Assembly: GCA_037380845.1 (NCBI GenBank)
Contig: JARRRI010000022.1
Location: 59,163-123,162 of the forward strand
Length of the DNA: 64,000 nt
Reading direction: 5' to 3'
Source: Candidatus Sulfobium sp.
Lineage (GTDB): Bacteria; Nitrospirota; Thermodesulfovibrionia; Thermodesulfovibrionales; UBA6898
Position numbers and translations under genes: made by a program. The notes beneath the pieces are model-generated. The model saw nothing but the letters and a program-made list of their open reading frames with translations. It ran no database searches and had not been told where the DNA came from. This document shows positions 28,265 to 37,697 of the stretch, one piece after another. Within the stretch, counting starts at the first letter, position 1; the number at the start of each line of letters is the position of its first letter.

Positions 28265-30079
28265 ATGAGGAGATTGGCAGCAGCCGTTCTTGCCTTCTTT
28301 GTCTTCGGCGCACAGGCAGCGCCGGCGGCCGATTTCAGGTTCTCGCCCCGGCCGAACAAGGCCGGCCTCATACACTGGCGTCAATGGAGCCAGGCCCCCT
28401 TTTCAGATGCGAAGAAGCTGCGGAAGCCCGTCCTGCTTGCTCTGAGCGCGGTGTGGTGCCACTGGTGCCATGTCATGGACGAGACCACATACTCCGAGGC
28501 CGACGTCATAACCTTTATCAATGAGAACTTCATCCCTGTGAGGGTCGACGCCGATATGCGGCCGGATATCGACGACCTTTACAACCAGGGCGGGTGGCCG
28601 AGCACGCTCGTTCTTACGCCGGAGGGGAGGATCATCAGGGCAGGTACATATATACTGCCCGATGACATGGTCGACTGGCTGAAGAAGGGCCTCGCGGAAT
28701 TCAGGAATAACAGGCAGGGCATCGGGGAAAAGGGAGAAGAGCGGCCCGAACGGGCGGGGAAAAAGACGACGGCGGAGGCCGACCTTATAATGATGCTCCG
28801 CATTTTACGGTCGGACTTCGATAGCCAGCACGGCGGATTCGGGATGCCGCAGAAATTTCCCAACCCGGAGAGGATCTATTTCCTCCTCTCCGAATTCACG
28901 AGGAGCGGGGACGAAGAGATCAAGAAGATGATCACCCTGACGCTCGACGGGATGGCGTCGGGGGCGATACACGACGATATCGCCGGGGGTTTCTTCAGGT
29001 ACGCAACCCGGCCCGACTGGTCGTCGCCGCATTACGAAAAGATGCTCGACCTTAACGCGGGGCTTGCCCGCAACTACGCATATGCATATATGGCCTTCGG
29101 CAAAGACACATACCGGAAGGTCCTCATTGGAACGATAGGCTATATCATGAATAATCTCTACGACCCGAAAACGGGGGCCTTTTACGGCAGCCAGGACGCC
29201 GACGAAGAATATTATACCGCGAAGAAGCGGTCCGGACCCCCGCCCCGCGTCGATACCAACATATACGCCGGTCCGAACGCACGGATGATCGCCGCCCTCG
29301 TGGCGGCCTCAGGAGCCACGGGATCAAAGGAATATCTGAAACAGGCGGAGAAGACAGCCGCCTTCATGCTCCGGCATCTCTACACCGAAAAGGAAGGGGT
29401 CTATCGATATTATCGCGGGGGGGAGAAGCACCTGCCGGGACTGCTCGCAGACAACGTCCTGTTCGGAAGTGCCCTCATCGATCTTTACAATGTTACCGGG
29501 GACGTCAGGTTCGTAGAGACCGCCCGGAACATTGCCCGCCTCCTTGCGGCCAGGTTCTTCGACCGTAGACAGGAATTGTTCAGGACAAGTATCGAGGCGG
29601 CAGTTGTCATGCCTTCCAAGCCGGGAGGGCTCATGGAATATAACGCCACCGCTTCAAATCTCAATGCGGCTGTATTTCTGCGCAGGATTTCCGGGTATCG
29701 GGAGGAGGCCGGACTTAAAGCTCTGGCCGCCAGTGCGATTGCAAAGGAAGACTACAATTGCGAAACGGTCAGACCTGCCTCCGCGTTTTGCGGCGAGGCC
29801 TTTGAATGGCAACTCCGGCCGCCCCTGGAAATAGTGCTGGTCACCGCCGGGCGACCTGGACCGTTCCTTAAAGCGGTGAACAGTGTCTTTGTCCCGCTCA
29901 AGGTGGTCAAGGTGCTTTCACCGAAGAAAGACAAGGCCGCCATCGCGCTTCTGGGATATCCCATGGAGGAGCGCCTGTACCTCTGCTCCGGAAAGAGATG
30001 CTATGCCGCCGTCACAAAGCCCGGGGAGGTAGCGGCTCATATGAAAAAGTATCTGGAGAGTCTCAAGCAGAAGAAGTAG
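28265..30079 (+). CDS. Exported thioredoxin-domain DUF255/YyaL (SSP411-like) protein
   Basis: Signal peptide; WCHWCHVM, GGWP, GGFG..KFP, GGFFRY, PHYEKML, SQDAD. Confidence 0.9.
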   Translation: MRRLAAAVLAFFVFGAQAAPAADFRFSPRPNKAGLIHWRQWSQAPFSDAKKLRKPVLLALSAVWCHWCHVMDETTYSEADVITFINENFIPVRVDADMRPDIDDLYNQGGWPSTLVLTPEGRIIRAGTYILPDDMVDWLKKGLAEFRNNRQGIGEKGEERPERAGKKTTAEADLIMMLRILRSDFDSQHGGFGMPQKFPNPERIYFLLSEFTRSGDEEIKKMITLTLDGMASGAIHDDIAGGFFRYATRPDWSSPHYEKMLDLNAGLARNYAYAYMAFGKDTYRKVLIGTIGYIMNNLYDPKTGAFYGSQDADEEYYTAKKRSGPPPRVDTNIYAGPNARMIAALVAASGATGSKEYLKQAEKTAAFMLRHLYTEKEGVYRYYRGGEKHLPGLLADNVLFGSALIDLYNVTGDVRFVETARNIARLLAARFFDRRQELFRTSIEAAVVMPSKPGGLMEYNATASNLNAAVFLRRISGYREEAGLKALAASAIAKEDYNCETVRPASAFCGEAFEWQLRPPLEIVLVTAGRPGPFLKAVNSVFVPLKVVKVLSPKKDKAAIALLGYPMEERLYLCSGKRCYAAVTKPGEVAAHMKKYLESLKQKK

Positions 30080-30126
30080 GTACTTGATCCCTCGTGCGCG
30101 AGAAATGGGGTCAAATCTCATTTGAT

Positions 30127-30175
30127 CTTGATTTGAAATGTTACGACTTTTGCATGCATTGCTCCGTCTCCTTTA
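30127..30175 (-). repeat. Duplicate of the 5' end and RBS of the ABM gene (27435-27483)
   Basis: 48/49 identical direct repeat CTTGATTTGAAATGTTACGACTTTTGCATGCATTGC(C/T)CCGTCTCCTTTA. Confidence 0.9.
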
Positions 30176-30488
30176 ATGACGTGGTTAGATTAAACCGAAA
30201 AAAGGGGGGACAAGCTATATTATCGCAGAGCAACCTTGCAACGTTTGGCGAAAAGATGGCTGACTTCTATGAATCGCCACCCGGTGAGCAGAAATTGCAA
30301 TCTGAAGCGGACTCCCAATATGCACGGATGACGATTAATGCTGTTGCGGCGAAGTGATAACGATGATAGCATGTAATAACCGGCGTTGCTGACAAACAGC
30401 GGACTTCGCTCTGTGGCTGACTGTTGCCGGTTTCTCTCTGCACCGGGATATTGAGCGACGGCGAATATGTCGTACAAGAGGTGATGAC

Positions 30489-31907
30489 ATGACTCAGCAA
30501 TATGAGATAGGTATGGTCGGCCTCGGCGTGATGGGCCGGAACCTGCTTTTGAACATGGCGGACCACGGCTATGCGGTGGCCGGCTACGACAAGGATTTGA
30601 GCAAGGTCGAGGCCCTGAGGAAGGAGGCGGAAAACAGGGCCATTTACGGAGCCGAAAACATGAAAGACTTTATCGGCAGCCTGCGGCCTCCCAGGGTAAT
30701 CATGATGCTGGTTCCGGCGGGGCGGGTGGTGGATTCAGTGATCGGAGACGTCCTCCCCCTTCTTGAGAAAGGAGACCTCATCATCGACGCGGGAAATTCC
30801 CATTTCACGGACACTGATCTGCGGGCCAAAGATCTTTCCGAAAAGGGCATAAACTTTCTTGGCGTCGGCGTTTCGGGAGGGGAGGCCGGCGCACGCCATG
30901 GTCCGAGCATGATGCCGGGCGGTCCCCGGGAGGCATATGAAAGGGTAAAGCCCCTTTTCGAGGCGGTATCCGCAAGTGTAGGCGGTGAACCCTGCGTCAC
31001 CTATCTCGGTCCCGGCTCTGCAGGTCATTATGTCAAGATGGTCCATAACGGCATCGAATACGGGATCATACAGCTCATAGCCGAGACCTACGACCTGATG
31101 AAACGGGGAATGGGTCTGTCCAACGACGAATTGCGCGAGGTCTACGGGAGATGGATGAAGACGGAAGTCAACGGATATCTGGTGGAGATCACATCTGAGA
31201 TATTCACGCGCGAGGACAAAAAAACCGGCAAGAGGCTCATCGATGTTATCCTCGATGAGGCGAAACAGAAGGGCACAGGAAAATGGACCTCCCAGGACGC
31301 CATGGAACTGCAGGTGCCGGTGCCGACAATCGATGCGGCCGTATCAATGCGTGACATGTCGGCCCTGAAGAGTGAACGTGAAGTGGCCGGCCAGCTGTTC
31401 GAGACGCCCGCAGGCTCTTTTCACGGCGACAGGGAAGGCTTCATTAACCAGCTCCGCGATGCGCTTTATGTCTCCATGATCCTGACATACGCACAGGGCA
31501 TGGCCCTTCTCGGGAAGGCGTCTGCGGCCTATAACTATGACCTCGACCTGCAGGAGGTGGCTCGCATCTGGCGGGGCGGCTGTATTATCAGGGCGCTCCT
31601 GCTGGAAGATATCCAGGCCGCCTACCGGGCCAAGACGGACCTGCCCAACCTCCTGATGGACCCTCACTTCAGCCAGGAAGTGATGACCGGGCAGGATGCC
31701 CTGAGGGCGACGGTGACCACTGCCGTCGAACTCGGCATACCGCAGGCATGCATGACCGCCGCCCTGGCCTACTTCGACAGTTACCGGAGCGCGTGGCTGC
31801 CGGCCAACCTGGTTCAGGCTCAGCGCGACTTCTTCGGCTCCCATACCTATGAGCGGGTGGACGAAAAGGGCGTTTTCCACACCGAATGGAGAGAGAAGAG
31901 TAAGTGA
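30489..31907 (+). CDS. gndA: 6-phosphogluconate dehydrogenase, decarboxylating
   Basis: GLGVMG, GVSGGE, VKMVHNGIEYG, KGTGKWT, IWRGGCIIR, QAQRDFFG.H. Confidence 0.97.
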   Translation: MTQQYEIGMVGLGVMGRNLLLNMADHGYAVAGYDKDLSKVEALRKEAENRAIYGAENMKDFIGSLRPPRVIMMLVPAGRVVDSVIGDVLPLLEKGDLIIDAGNSHFTDTDLRAKDLSEKGINFLGVGVSGGEAGARHGPSMMPGGPREAYERVKPLFEAVSASVGGEPCVTYLGPGSAGHYVKMVHNGIEYGIIQLIAETYDLMKRGMGLSNDELREVYGRWMKTEVNGYLVEITSEIFTREDKKTGKRLIDVILDEAKQKGTGKWTSQDAMELQVPVPTIDAAVSMRDMSALKSEREVAGQLFETPAGSFHGDREGFINQLRDALYVSMILTYAQGMALLGKASAAYNYDLDLQEVARIWRGGCIIRALLLEDIQAAYRAKTDLPNLLMDPHFSQEVMTGQDALRATVTTAVELGIPQACMTAALAYFDSYRSAWLPANLVQAQRDFFGSHTYERVDEKGVFHTEWREKSK

Positions 31908-32100
31908 CCTTTCCGGCGTTAAGCCGTTAGCAATAAGCTGTAAGGGAAAAGCTCAATATTCGAAGCCGATGGACAAGTCCCTGGGTGCCGGGACGGCTCT
32001 GCTCCCGGTTCCTTAAGCTGATCGCTTATGGCTGAATGCTTAGAGCCCGGTTACTTTTAATTGGACTTATGAATACAAGAGAAGCAGCGAGGCCCTTTTA

Positions 32101-32952
32101 GTGACGCCGGTTTCGGCGCTGGTATATTCCCTTTTTTTCGGGCTGCTCCACGGGATACTGCCGGACGAGCATACGTGGCCCATCACGTTCAGCTATGCCA
32201 TCGGGGGGGCCGGAGGAAGGGAGGGCATGAAGGCGGGGCTCTACTTCTCCGCCGCATTCACGGTGCAGCGTATGATCCTCTCGGAAGTCGCCTATCTGGC
32301 ACTTGCCCCGTTTCTTCTTTCCCGAACGGTCAACGGCTACGTCAACATGATAGTGGGCGTTACAATGTGCGTTGCGGGGGCCATAGTGCTGAAGAGGAAC
32401 CTTTATCCCCACTTCCACCTCTTCGGACATTGCCACGGCGAGGAATGTGACATGGAGGACTCTAAGAAGGTTTTGACAACAAGGCACGAAGAACCGGCCG
32501 GCGGCCCGAAGGCGCCCCCGGTGCGATGGACCGTCGTACACGGGTTCATAGCGGGCTTCGGCTTTGGCGGATTTTCCCTGTTCATCAACACCGTCGCAGC
32601 CCCGGCCATGAAGACCCCCTGGCTGGGGTTCTTGCCGGGACTCCTCTTCGGCCTGGGGACCATGGCCATGCTCATGATCATCGGCGCCCTGTTCGGGGCC
32701 TCTCTTCGCTGGACGCATTCGCTCACTGAAGATGAGGTGAAAAAGATCGGCTCACAGACCGGGGGCAGGACCCTCTTCTTCGGCGGCCTACTTTTCGGGG
32801 CGTTCGGGCTTTCGCTGCTCCTTGGTCTTGACCGGAGTCTGCCGGTTGACGCGGGCTATGTCCTGATCGGCCTCTTCATGGTGCTGGTTGCGGTTCCGGC
32901 GTTCATCTTTTCGTGGAGGCAGGTGCTGGCGGCAAGGGAGGGCGGAGGGTAA
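32101..32952 (+). CDS. Membrane protein, possibly NicO/DsbD-like metal (Ni/Co) transporter
   Basis: GLLHGI.PDEH, His-rich loop HFHLFGHCH, HG..AG, FGLGTM. Confidence 0.6.
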   Translation: MTPVSALVYSLFFGLLHGILPDEHTWPITFSYAIGGAGGREGMKAGLYFSAAFTVQRMILSEVAYLALAPFLLSRTVNGYVNMIVGVTMCVAGAIVLKRNLYPHFHLFGHCHGEECDMEDSKKVLTTRHEEPAGGPKAPPVRWTVVHGFIAGFGFGGFSLFINTVAAPAMKTPWLGFLPGLLFGLGTMAMLMIIGALFGASLRWTHSLTEDEVKKIGSQTGGRTLFFGGLLFGAFGLSLLLGLDRSLPVDAGYVLIGLFMVLVAVPAFIFSWRQVLAAREGGG

Positions 32953-33058
32953 TCACTTAGATGGGTTCTTTAAAATGACATTTATAATATTTCACCACGG
33001 AGACACAGAGGGCTCAGAGAATATAAATGGAAAAGACAGGCGTGAGCTGACAAGACCG

Positions 33059-34819
33059 ATGCGGCTTTGCCGACTTCTCCTGCTGGCCGTCGTCACGGGG
33101 GCGCTTGCCGGACTGGGGGCCGCGGTGTTCAGGGCCATGGTCGGGCTTTCCCACAACCTCCTTTTTCTGGGCCGCCTGTCGGTAACCTATGATGCCGGAC
33201 GCCATACCGCGGCCGGACCGTTCGGGTGGCTCATTATATTCGTTCCGGTTGCAGGCGCGGCGGCGGTGACCTTTCTTGTGAAGAACTTTGCACCGGGCGC
33301 GCGGGGCAGCGGTGTGCCGGAAGTTATGGATGCGGTCTATTATAACCGCGGTGTCGTGCCGCCCACCACCCCGGTCGTAAAGGCGCTGGCGTCGTCAATC
33401 TCGCTGGGAAGCGGGGGGTCCATCGGCCGTGAGGGTCCGATCATGCAGATAGGAGCGTCGCTGGGCTCTTTCCTCGGCCAGATATTCCCCGTCTCGGTCT
33501 GGGAGCGCAATACTCTGATAGCCGCCGGCGCCGGCGGAGGGATCGCAGCCACCTTCAGCACGCCTATCGGGGGCCTTCTCTTCGCGGTGGAACTCCTTCT
33601 CTTCGAGGTAAGCGCCCGCACGGTGATACCCGTCGCCATATCCACGGCCACGGGGGCATATGTCGGGAGCGTCCTTCTGGGCGCCAGTCCACCTTTTGTT
33701 GTAACCGGCGTCGAATCCTTCACCTTCCAGGCGATCAGGCCGACGGTGCTCCTTGGGTATGCCGGCCTCGGTGCGTTGACTGGCGTGCTCTCCGCCTTCT
33801 TCATAAAAGCCGTATACGGTTTCGAAGACGTTCTCGGGAAATACACGCCGCAAAATTACTACCTGAGACACATGGCGTCCATGTTTGTCGTGGGTCTGTC
33901 GCTCTACCTGCTCATCAGGTTCACCGGGCATTATTACATAGAGGGGGTGGGCTATGCCACGATACGCGACGTGCTTTCCGGCCTGCTCTCTCGCCCGTAT
34001 CTGCTCGTTGCCCTCTTCCTCCTTAAGCTTTTGGCCACCGCGATGACGCTGGGCTCGGGGGCATCAGGGGGCATCTTCTCGCCGTCGCTTTACATGGGGG
34101 CGATGGCGGGGGGACTTTACGGCATGGCCGCGCTTGCACTCTTCCCGGCGGTTTCCCCGGATGTCTCAGCCTTTGCCGTGGCCGGCATGGCGGGAATGGT
34201 GGGGGGTTCGACAGGAGCGGCCATGGCTACGGCTGTGATGATCTTCGAGATGACCCTGGACTACAGCGCTATTGTCCCCATTATCATTACCGTCGCGGTC
34301 AGCTACGGTGTCAGAAGGCTGTTTACCTTCGAAAGCTTTTACACCATGAAGCTTGCTAGACGGGGGCACGGCGTTCCGGACTCCTTTCAGACGAATATGC
34401 TCAGGCTCAGGAAGGCCCGGGAGGTCATGGACACAGGTGTTAAGACTATCCCGGCAGAAACAACGCCCGATGAACTGGGGCGCATCGCCTCCGGGGAGCC
34501 GCTGATCGCTTATTTCCTCGTCGAGGACCGGTCCGGCCGGATCACCGGAGTAATAGAAAAGGTCGCCTCCCCGGTCCTCCTCGAAAAATGCGGTATGGGA
34601 ATGAGTATGGGTGAACTGGCGCAGAGAGATTTTGCCTTTGTGGAGGAGGATATCTCAGTATCCGAAGTTATCACAATGCTGCACGGCGGCAAGGTCTCCG
34701 TCGCACTGGTGACATCGTCAGGGCTCAGAGGGACCGGGACGCCGGAGGTCAAGGGAGTGATTACCAACAGGCAACTCGGCGCAGCAGCCCTCGAATCGGC
34801 CGCCAGTTTTTCCGAGTAA
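33059..34819 (+). CDS. ClC chloride channel/antiporter with CBS domains
   Basis: GSGVPE, GREGP, F.TP..G..F..E, GGIFSP, FEMT, C-terminal CBS pair; start uncertain. Confidence 0.92.
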   Translation: MRLCRLLLLAVVTGALAGLGAAVFRAMVGLSHNLLFLGRLSVTYDAGRHTAAGPFGWLIIFVPVAGAAAVTFLVKNFAPGARGSGVPEVMDAVYYNRGVVPPTTPVVKALASSISLGSGGSIGREGPIMQIGASLGSFLGQIFPVSVWERNTLIAAGAGGGIAATFSTPIGGLLFAVELLLFEVSARTVIPVAISTATGAYVGSVLLGASPPFVVTGVESFTFQAIRPTVLLGYAGLGALTGVLSAFFIKAVYGFEDVLGKYTPQNYYLRHMASMFVVGLSLYLLIRFTGHYYIEGVGYATIRDVLSGLLSRPYLLVALFLLKLLATAMTLGSGASGGIFSPSLYMGAMAGGLYGMAALALFPAVSPDVSAFAVAGMAGMVGGSTGAAMATAVMIFEMTLDYSAIVPIIITVAVSYGVRRLFTFESFYTMKLARRGHGVPDSFQTNMLRLRKAREVMDTGVKTIPAETTPDELGRIASGEPLIAYFLVEDRSGRITGVIEKVASPVLLEKCGMGMSMGELAQRDFAFVEEDISVSEVITMLHGGKVSVALVTSSGLRGTGTPEVKGVITNRQLGAAALESAASFSE

Positions 34820-34893
34820 GGCGCGGGGGGCGCTCAGGAAACATAATGAAGGTTCACCGCAGAAAGCTACCTCCAGATTGCAGTCCTTTTTCC

Positions 34894-34970
34894 GTCATGC
34901 CCGAAGTTCTTAATCGGGCATCCAATCTCTCTGAAAACCCGGATTCCCACCTGATAACCGCGGGAATGAC
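34894..34970. repeat. Family-A REP-like element
   Basis: GTCATGCCCGA..TCGGGCATCC...GGATTCCC...GCGGGAATGAC. Confidence 0.85.
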
Positions 34971-35297
34971 GGATCTGAAAACCGGGTTTTTTGCAACATT
35001 ATGGCTTATTTCGCCTCTGCTTCCCGTAACTACTTTGACTATATAAGTTGACCTATGTGAGGAATGCGATCATGGTTGCATGTAGGCGGCATGACACCGA
35101 GGGCCGTTTCAAAGATCAGGAGGAAAGCAGGTAGTCACTAATTCATCTACGTCCCTCTCAGCCTATCCACAATTTTGTTAATTATGAGAAGCGGCACATA
35201 TGCCGTACCGACCAAAATCTCTTTGAGAGTTAAATTGTCATTGGCTATAATTGTATAAACACGGATGCGCGATTCTGACAAAGTGAAAGATATCTCA

Positions 35298-36641
35298 ATG
35301 TCTGCACTGAAGGACTACCTCGCCCTTGTGTTGATTTTTCTTATTGGGTCAGGTCCACCCGCCATTACCTATGGCAAGGACCTGCTTGCGGTTTACCGGC
35401 AAGCGGCATCGACCAATCCCATTTTGGGGAAAGCGCGGTCCCAGCTTCAGGCAGAGAAGGCTTCCGGATCCGCGACGCGTGCAGCACTTTATCCTAAAGT
35501 GAATGCAGGCGCCGGTGTAAGCCATTACCACACAGACATGAGGGGTTTCCCCGGGCTTACTGTGGATGAGGGTTATACAGCGACCAACTACAGCGTTACA
35601 CTCATACAGCCTGTTGTCAACGGTCAGGACTGGGTTTCCGTAAGGGCTTCGGAATCCAGGATCAGTGCGGCGGAAAGCGCGGTGGCTGCTGCCGAACAGG
35701 ACATCATCCTTCGGGTTTCTGAAGCATACTTTGGCGTCTTGCGGGCCAGGGCGGATGAGCGTGTCGCCGCCGGACAGAGGGATTTACTGAAAAAGATACT
35801 TGATCAGGCCGAGGCTTTTCTCAAAGTCGGCGCGGGTGACATCGTTTCCGTCCGGGAGTCGAAGGCGCGCTTTGACGAAGCCGATTCAGACCTGATCAAC
35901 GCCAAGAACGCGGTACGAATAGCCGAACAGGCCCTCGTGCGTCTCACTCATAGCCCGGTCGGGGAACTCGATGATCTCGGAAATATCAGACCTCGGGGAC
36001 CCGTTCCCGATGAAATCTCACCCTGGATAAAGACGGCATTCGAAAGCCAGCCTTTGCTTTTGCAGGCCCAAAAACAGTTGCAGGTCTCAATGGATCAGGT
36101 CGAGATCGCCCGCCGTGCTCGCTGGCCCCGTCTCGATCTTGATGCCGGCTATGGTTACGCGAAGGGGCAGCTCCTTCCCGAGATAAAGCGCACCGACATC
36201 TGGGCAGGACTGACCTTTGTCCTTCCTATTTATGAAGGTGGAAGGATCAGCGCCGGGATCAGAGAGGCGGAGGCACTTGCGTCGGCGAACCGTTACGGGA
36301 TGGAAGATCTTCGGGACCAGATACGGTTTGACACGGAACGCAGTTTTCTGACACTTAAGGACAGCGTGGCCCAGCTAAGAGCGGCGACGCAGGCTGCGGA
36401 ATCAGCCCGCATCTCAATGGAAGCAACAATGAAGGGTTACGAAGTGGGAACGCGCTCCATCACCGATCTTCTTGACAGCGTCCAAAACTATACAAAAATG
36501 AGGCGCAATAAAATCATTGCTCTTTACAATCACATCCTGGCCAGGATAATGCTGAAGAAAGCTGTGGGAGTTTTAAATATCAAGGATGTTGAAGATGTCA
36601 ACAGTCTGCTGACAGTTCGGCCAAACGGAGCGCGAAGATAA
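35298..36641 (+). CDS. TolC-family outer membrane efflux protein
   Basis: DLLAVY..A...NP, QP, AYF.VL.A, P.Y.GG, GYEVGTR...DLL; start may be 35265. Confidence 0.92.
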   Translation: MSALKDYLALVLIFLIGSGPPAITYGKDLLAVYRQAASTNPILGKARSQLQAEKASGSATRAALYPKVNAGAGVSHYHTDMRGFPGLTVDEGYTATNYSVTLIQPVVNGQDWVSVRASESRISAAESAVAAAEQDIILRVSEAYFGVLRARADERVAAGQRDLLKKILDQAEAFLKVGAGDIVSVRESKARFDEADSDLINAKNAVRIAEQALVRLTHSPVGELDDLGNIRPRGPVPDEISPWIKTAFESQPLLLQAQKQLQVSMDQVEIARRARWPRLDLDAGYGYAKGQLLPEIKRTDIWAGLTFVLPIYEGGRISAGIREAEALASANRYGMEDLRDQIRFDTERSFLTLKDSVAQLRAATQAAESARISMEATMKGYEVGTRSITDLLDSVQNYTKMRRNKIIALYNHILARIMLKKAVGVLNIKDVEDVNSLLTVRPNGARR

Positions 36642-36659
36642 GGGGAAGGGGGGAGAGGG

Positions 36660-37697
36660 ATGAAGAAAAAGAAGATTGCGGTTTTCATAATACTTGTCCT
36701 TATTGTTTGCGGTGTCGGTGTGGCTGTCTACCTGTCGGTCCACCATAAGGCAACGGAAACTCTGCGACTTTACGGCAATATAGACATTCGACAGGTAGAG
36801 CTTGCCTTTCATGCGACGGGCAGGGTCAGCCGGCTTTTGCTGCAGGAAGGCGATCCCGTAAAGCCTGGAGAGCTTGTGGCCGAACTCGACCCCATCCGCT
36901 ATGAGGCTTCGGCCGGACAGGCTGCCGGCGAGCTGGCGAACCAGAGACAGATACTTGCACGTCTTCTGGCGGGAAGCCGTCCCGAAGAAATCGAGCAGGC
37001 GCGGGCGCGAGTTAAGGCTGCCGAGGCGGCACTTAAGGACGCCCAAGCGACTTATCACAGAACGGAGGCCCTCGTTCGCGACCAGTACATGTCGCAGCAG
37101 AAGCTTGACAATGACGAGAAGGCTTTTAAAAGCGCTGCTGCCAACCTTGACGAAGCACGCCAGGAGCTGAAACTTGCCGTCGAGGGGCCCAGAAAAGAGG
37201 ACATAGCAGCTGCTAGGGCGAAAGTCAGGGCAGATGAGGCGGCGTTACGTCTGGCCGAAAGACAACTGCAGGATACGAAGCTCTACACCCCCTCTGCGGG
37301 AGTAATACAGAACCGCATTCTCGAACCTGGCAACATGGCGTTTCCGGAGACTCCGGTTTATACACTTGCGCTTACCAATCCGGTTTGGGTCCGGGCATAT
37401 GTCTCCGAGCCCGACTTGGGAAAGATCAGACTGGGAATGTCTGCTCAGGTCACGACAGACAGTTATCACGGCAAAGTCTATGAGGGATGGGTGGGCTTCA
37501 TATCTCCTACTGCCGAGTTTACTCCCAAATCGGTCGAAACCACGGAAGAAAGAACGAAGCTTGTATATCAGGTAAGGATATACGTCTGCAACCCGCAGAA
37601 CGAGCTCCGGTTGGGCATGCCCGCGACCGCTGTTGTTCCCCTCAATCAACCCCATACCGGTACAACTTCCGAAGAAGACCGCTGCAAGGGCCAATAA
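36660..37697 (+). CDS. HlyD-family membrane fusion protein (YbhG-like)
   Basis: LYGNIDIRQV.LAF, G.RPEEI, WVRAYV.E, ISPTAEFTPK.VE, LRLGMP. Confidence 0.93.
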   Translation: MKKKKIAVFIILVLIVCGVGVAVYLSVHHKATETLRLYGNIDIRQVELAFHATGRVSRLLLQEGDPVKPGELVAELDPIRYEASAGQAAGELANQRQILARLLAGSRPEEIEQARARVKAAEAALKDAQATYHRTEALVRDQYMSQQKLDNDEKAFKSAAANLDEARQELKLAVEGPRKEDIAAARAKVRADEAALRLAERQLQDTKLYTPSAGVIQNRILEPGNMAFPETPVYTLALTNPVWVRAYVSEPDLGKIRLGMSAQVTTDSYHGKVYEGWVGFISPTAEFTPKSVETTEERTKLVYQVRIYVCNPQNELRLGMPATAVVPLNQPHTGTTSEEDRCKGQ

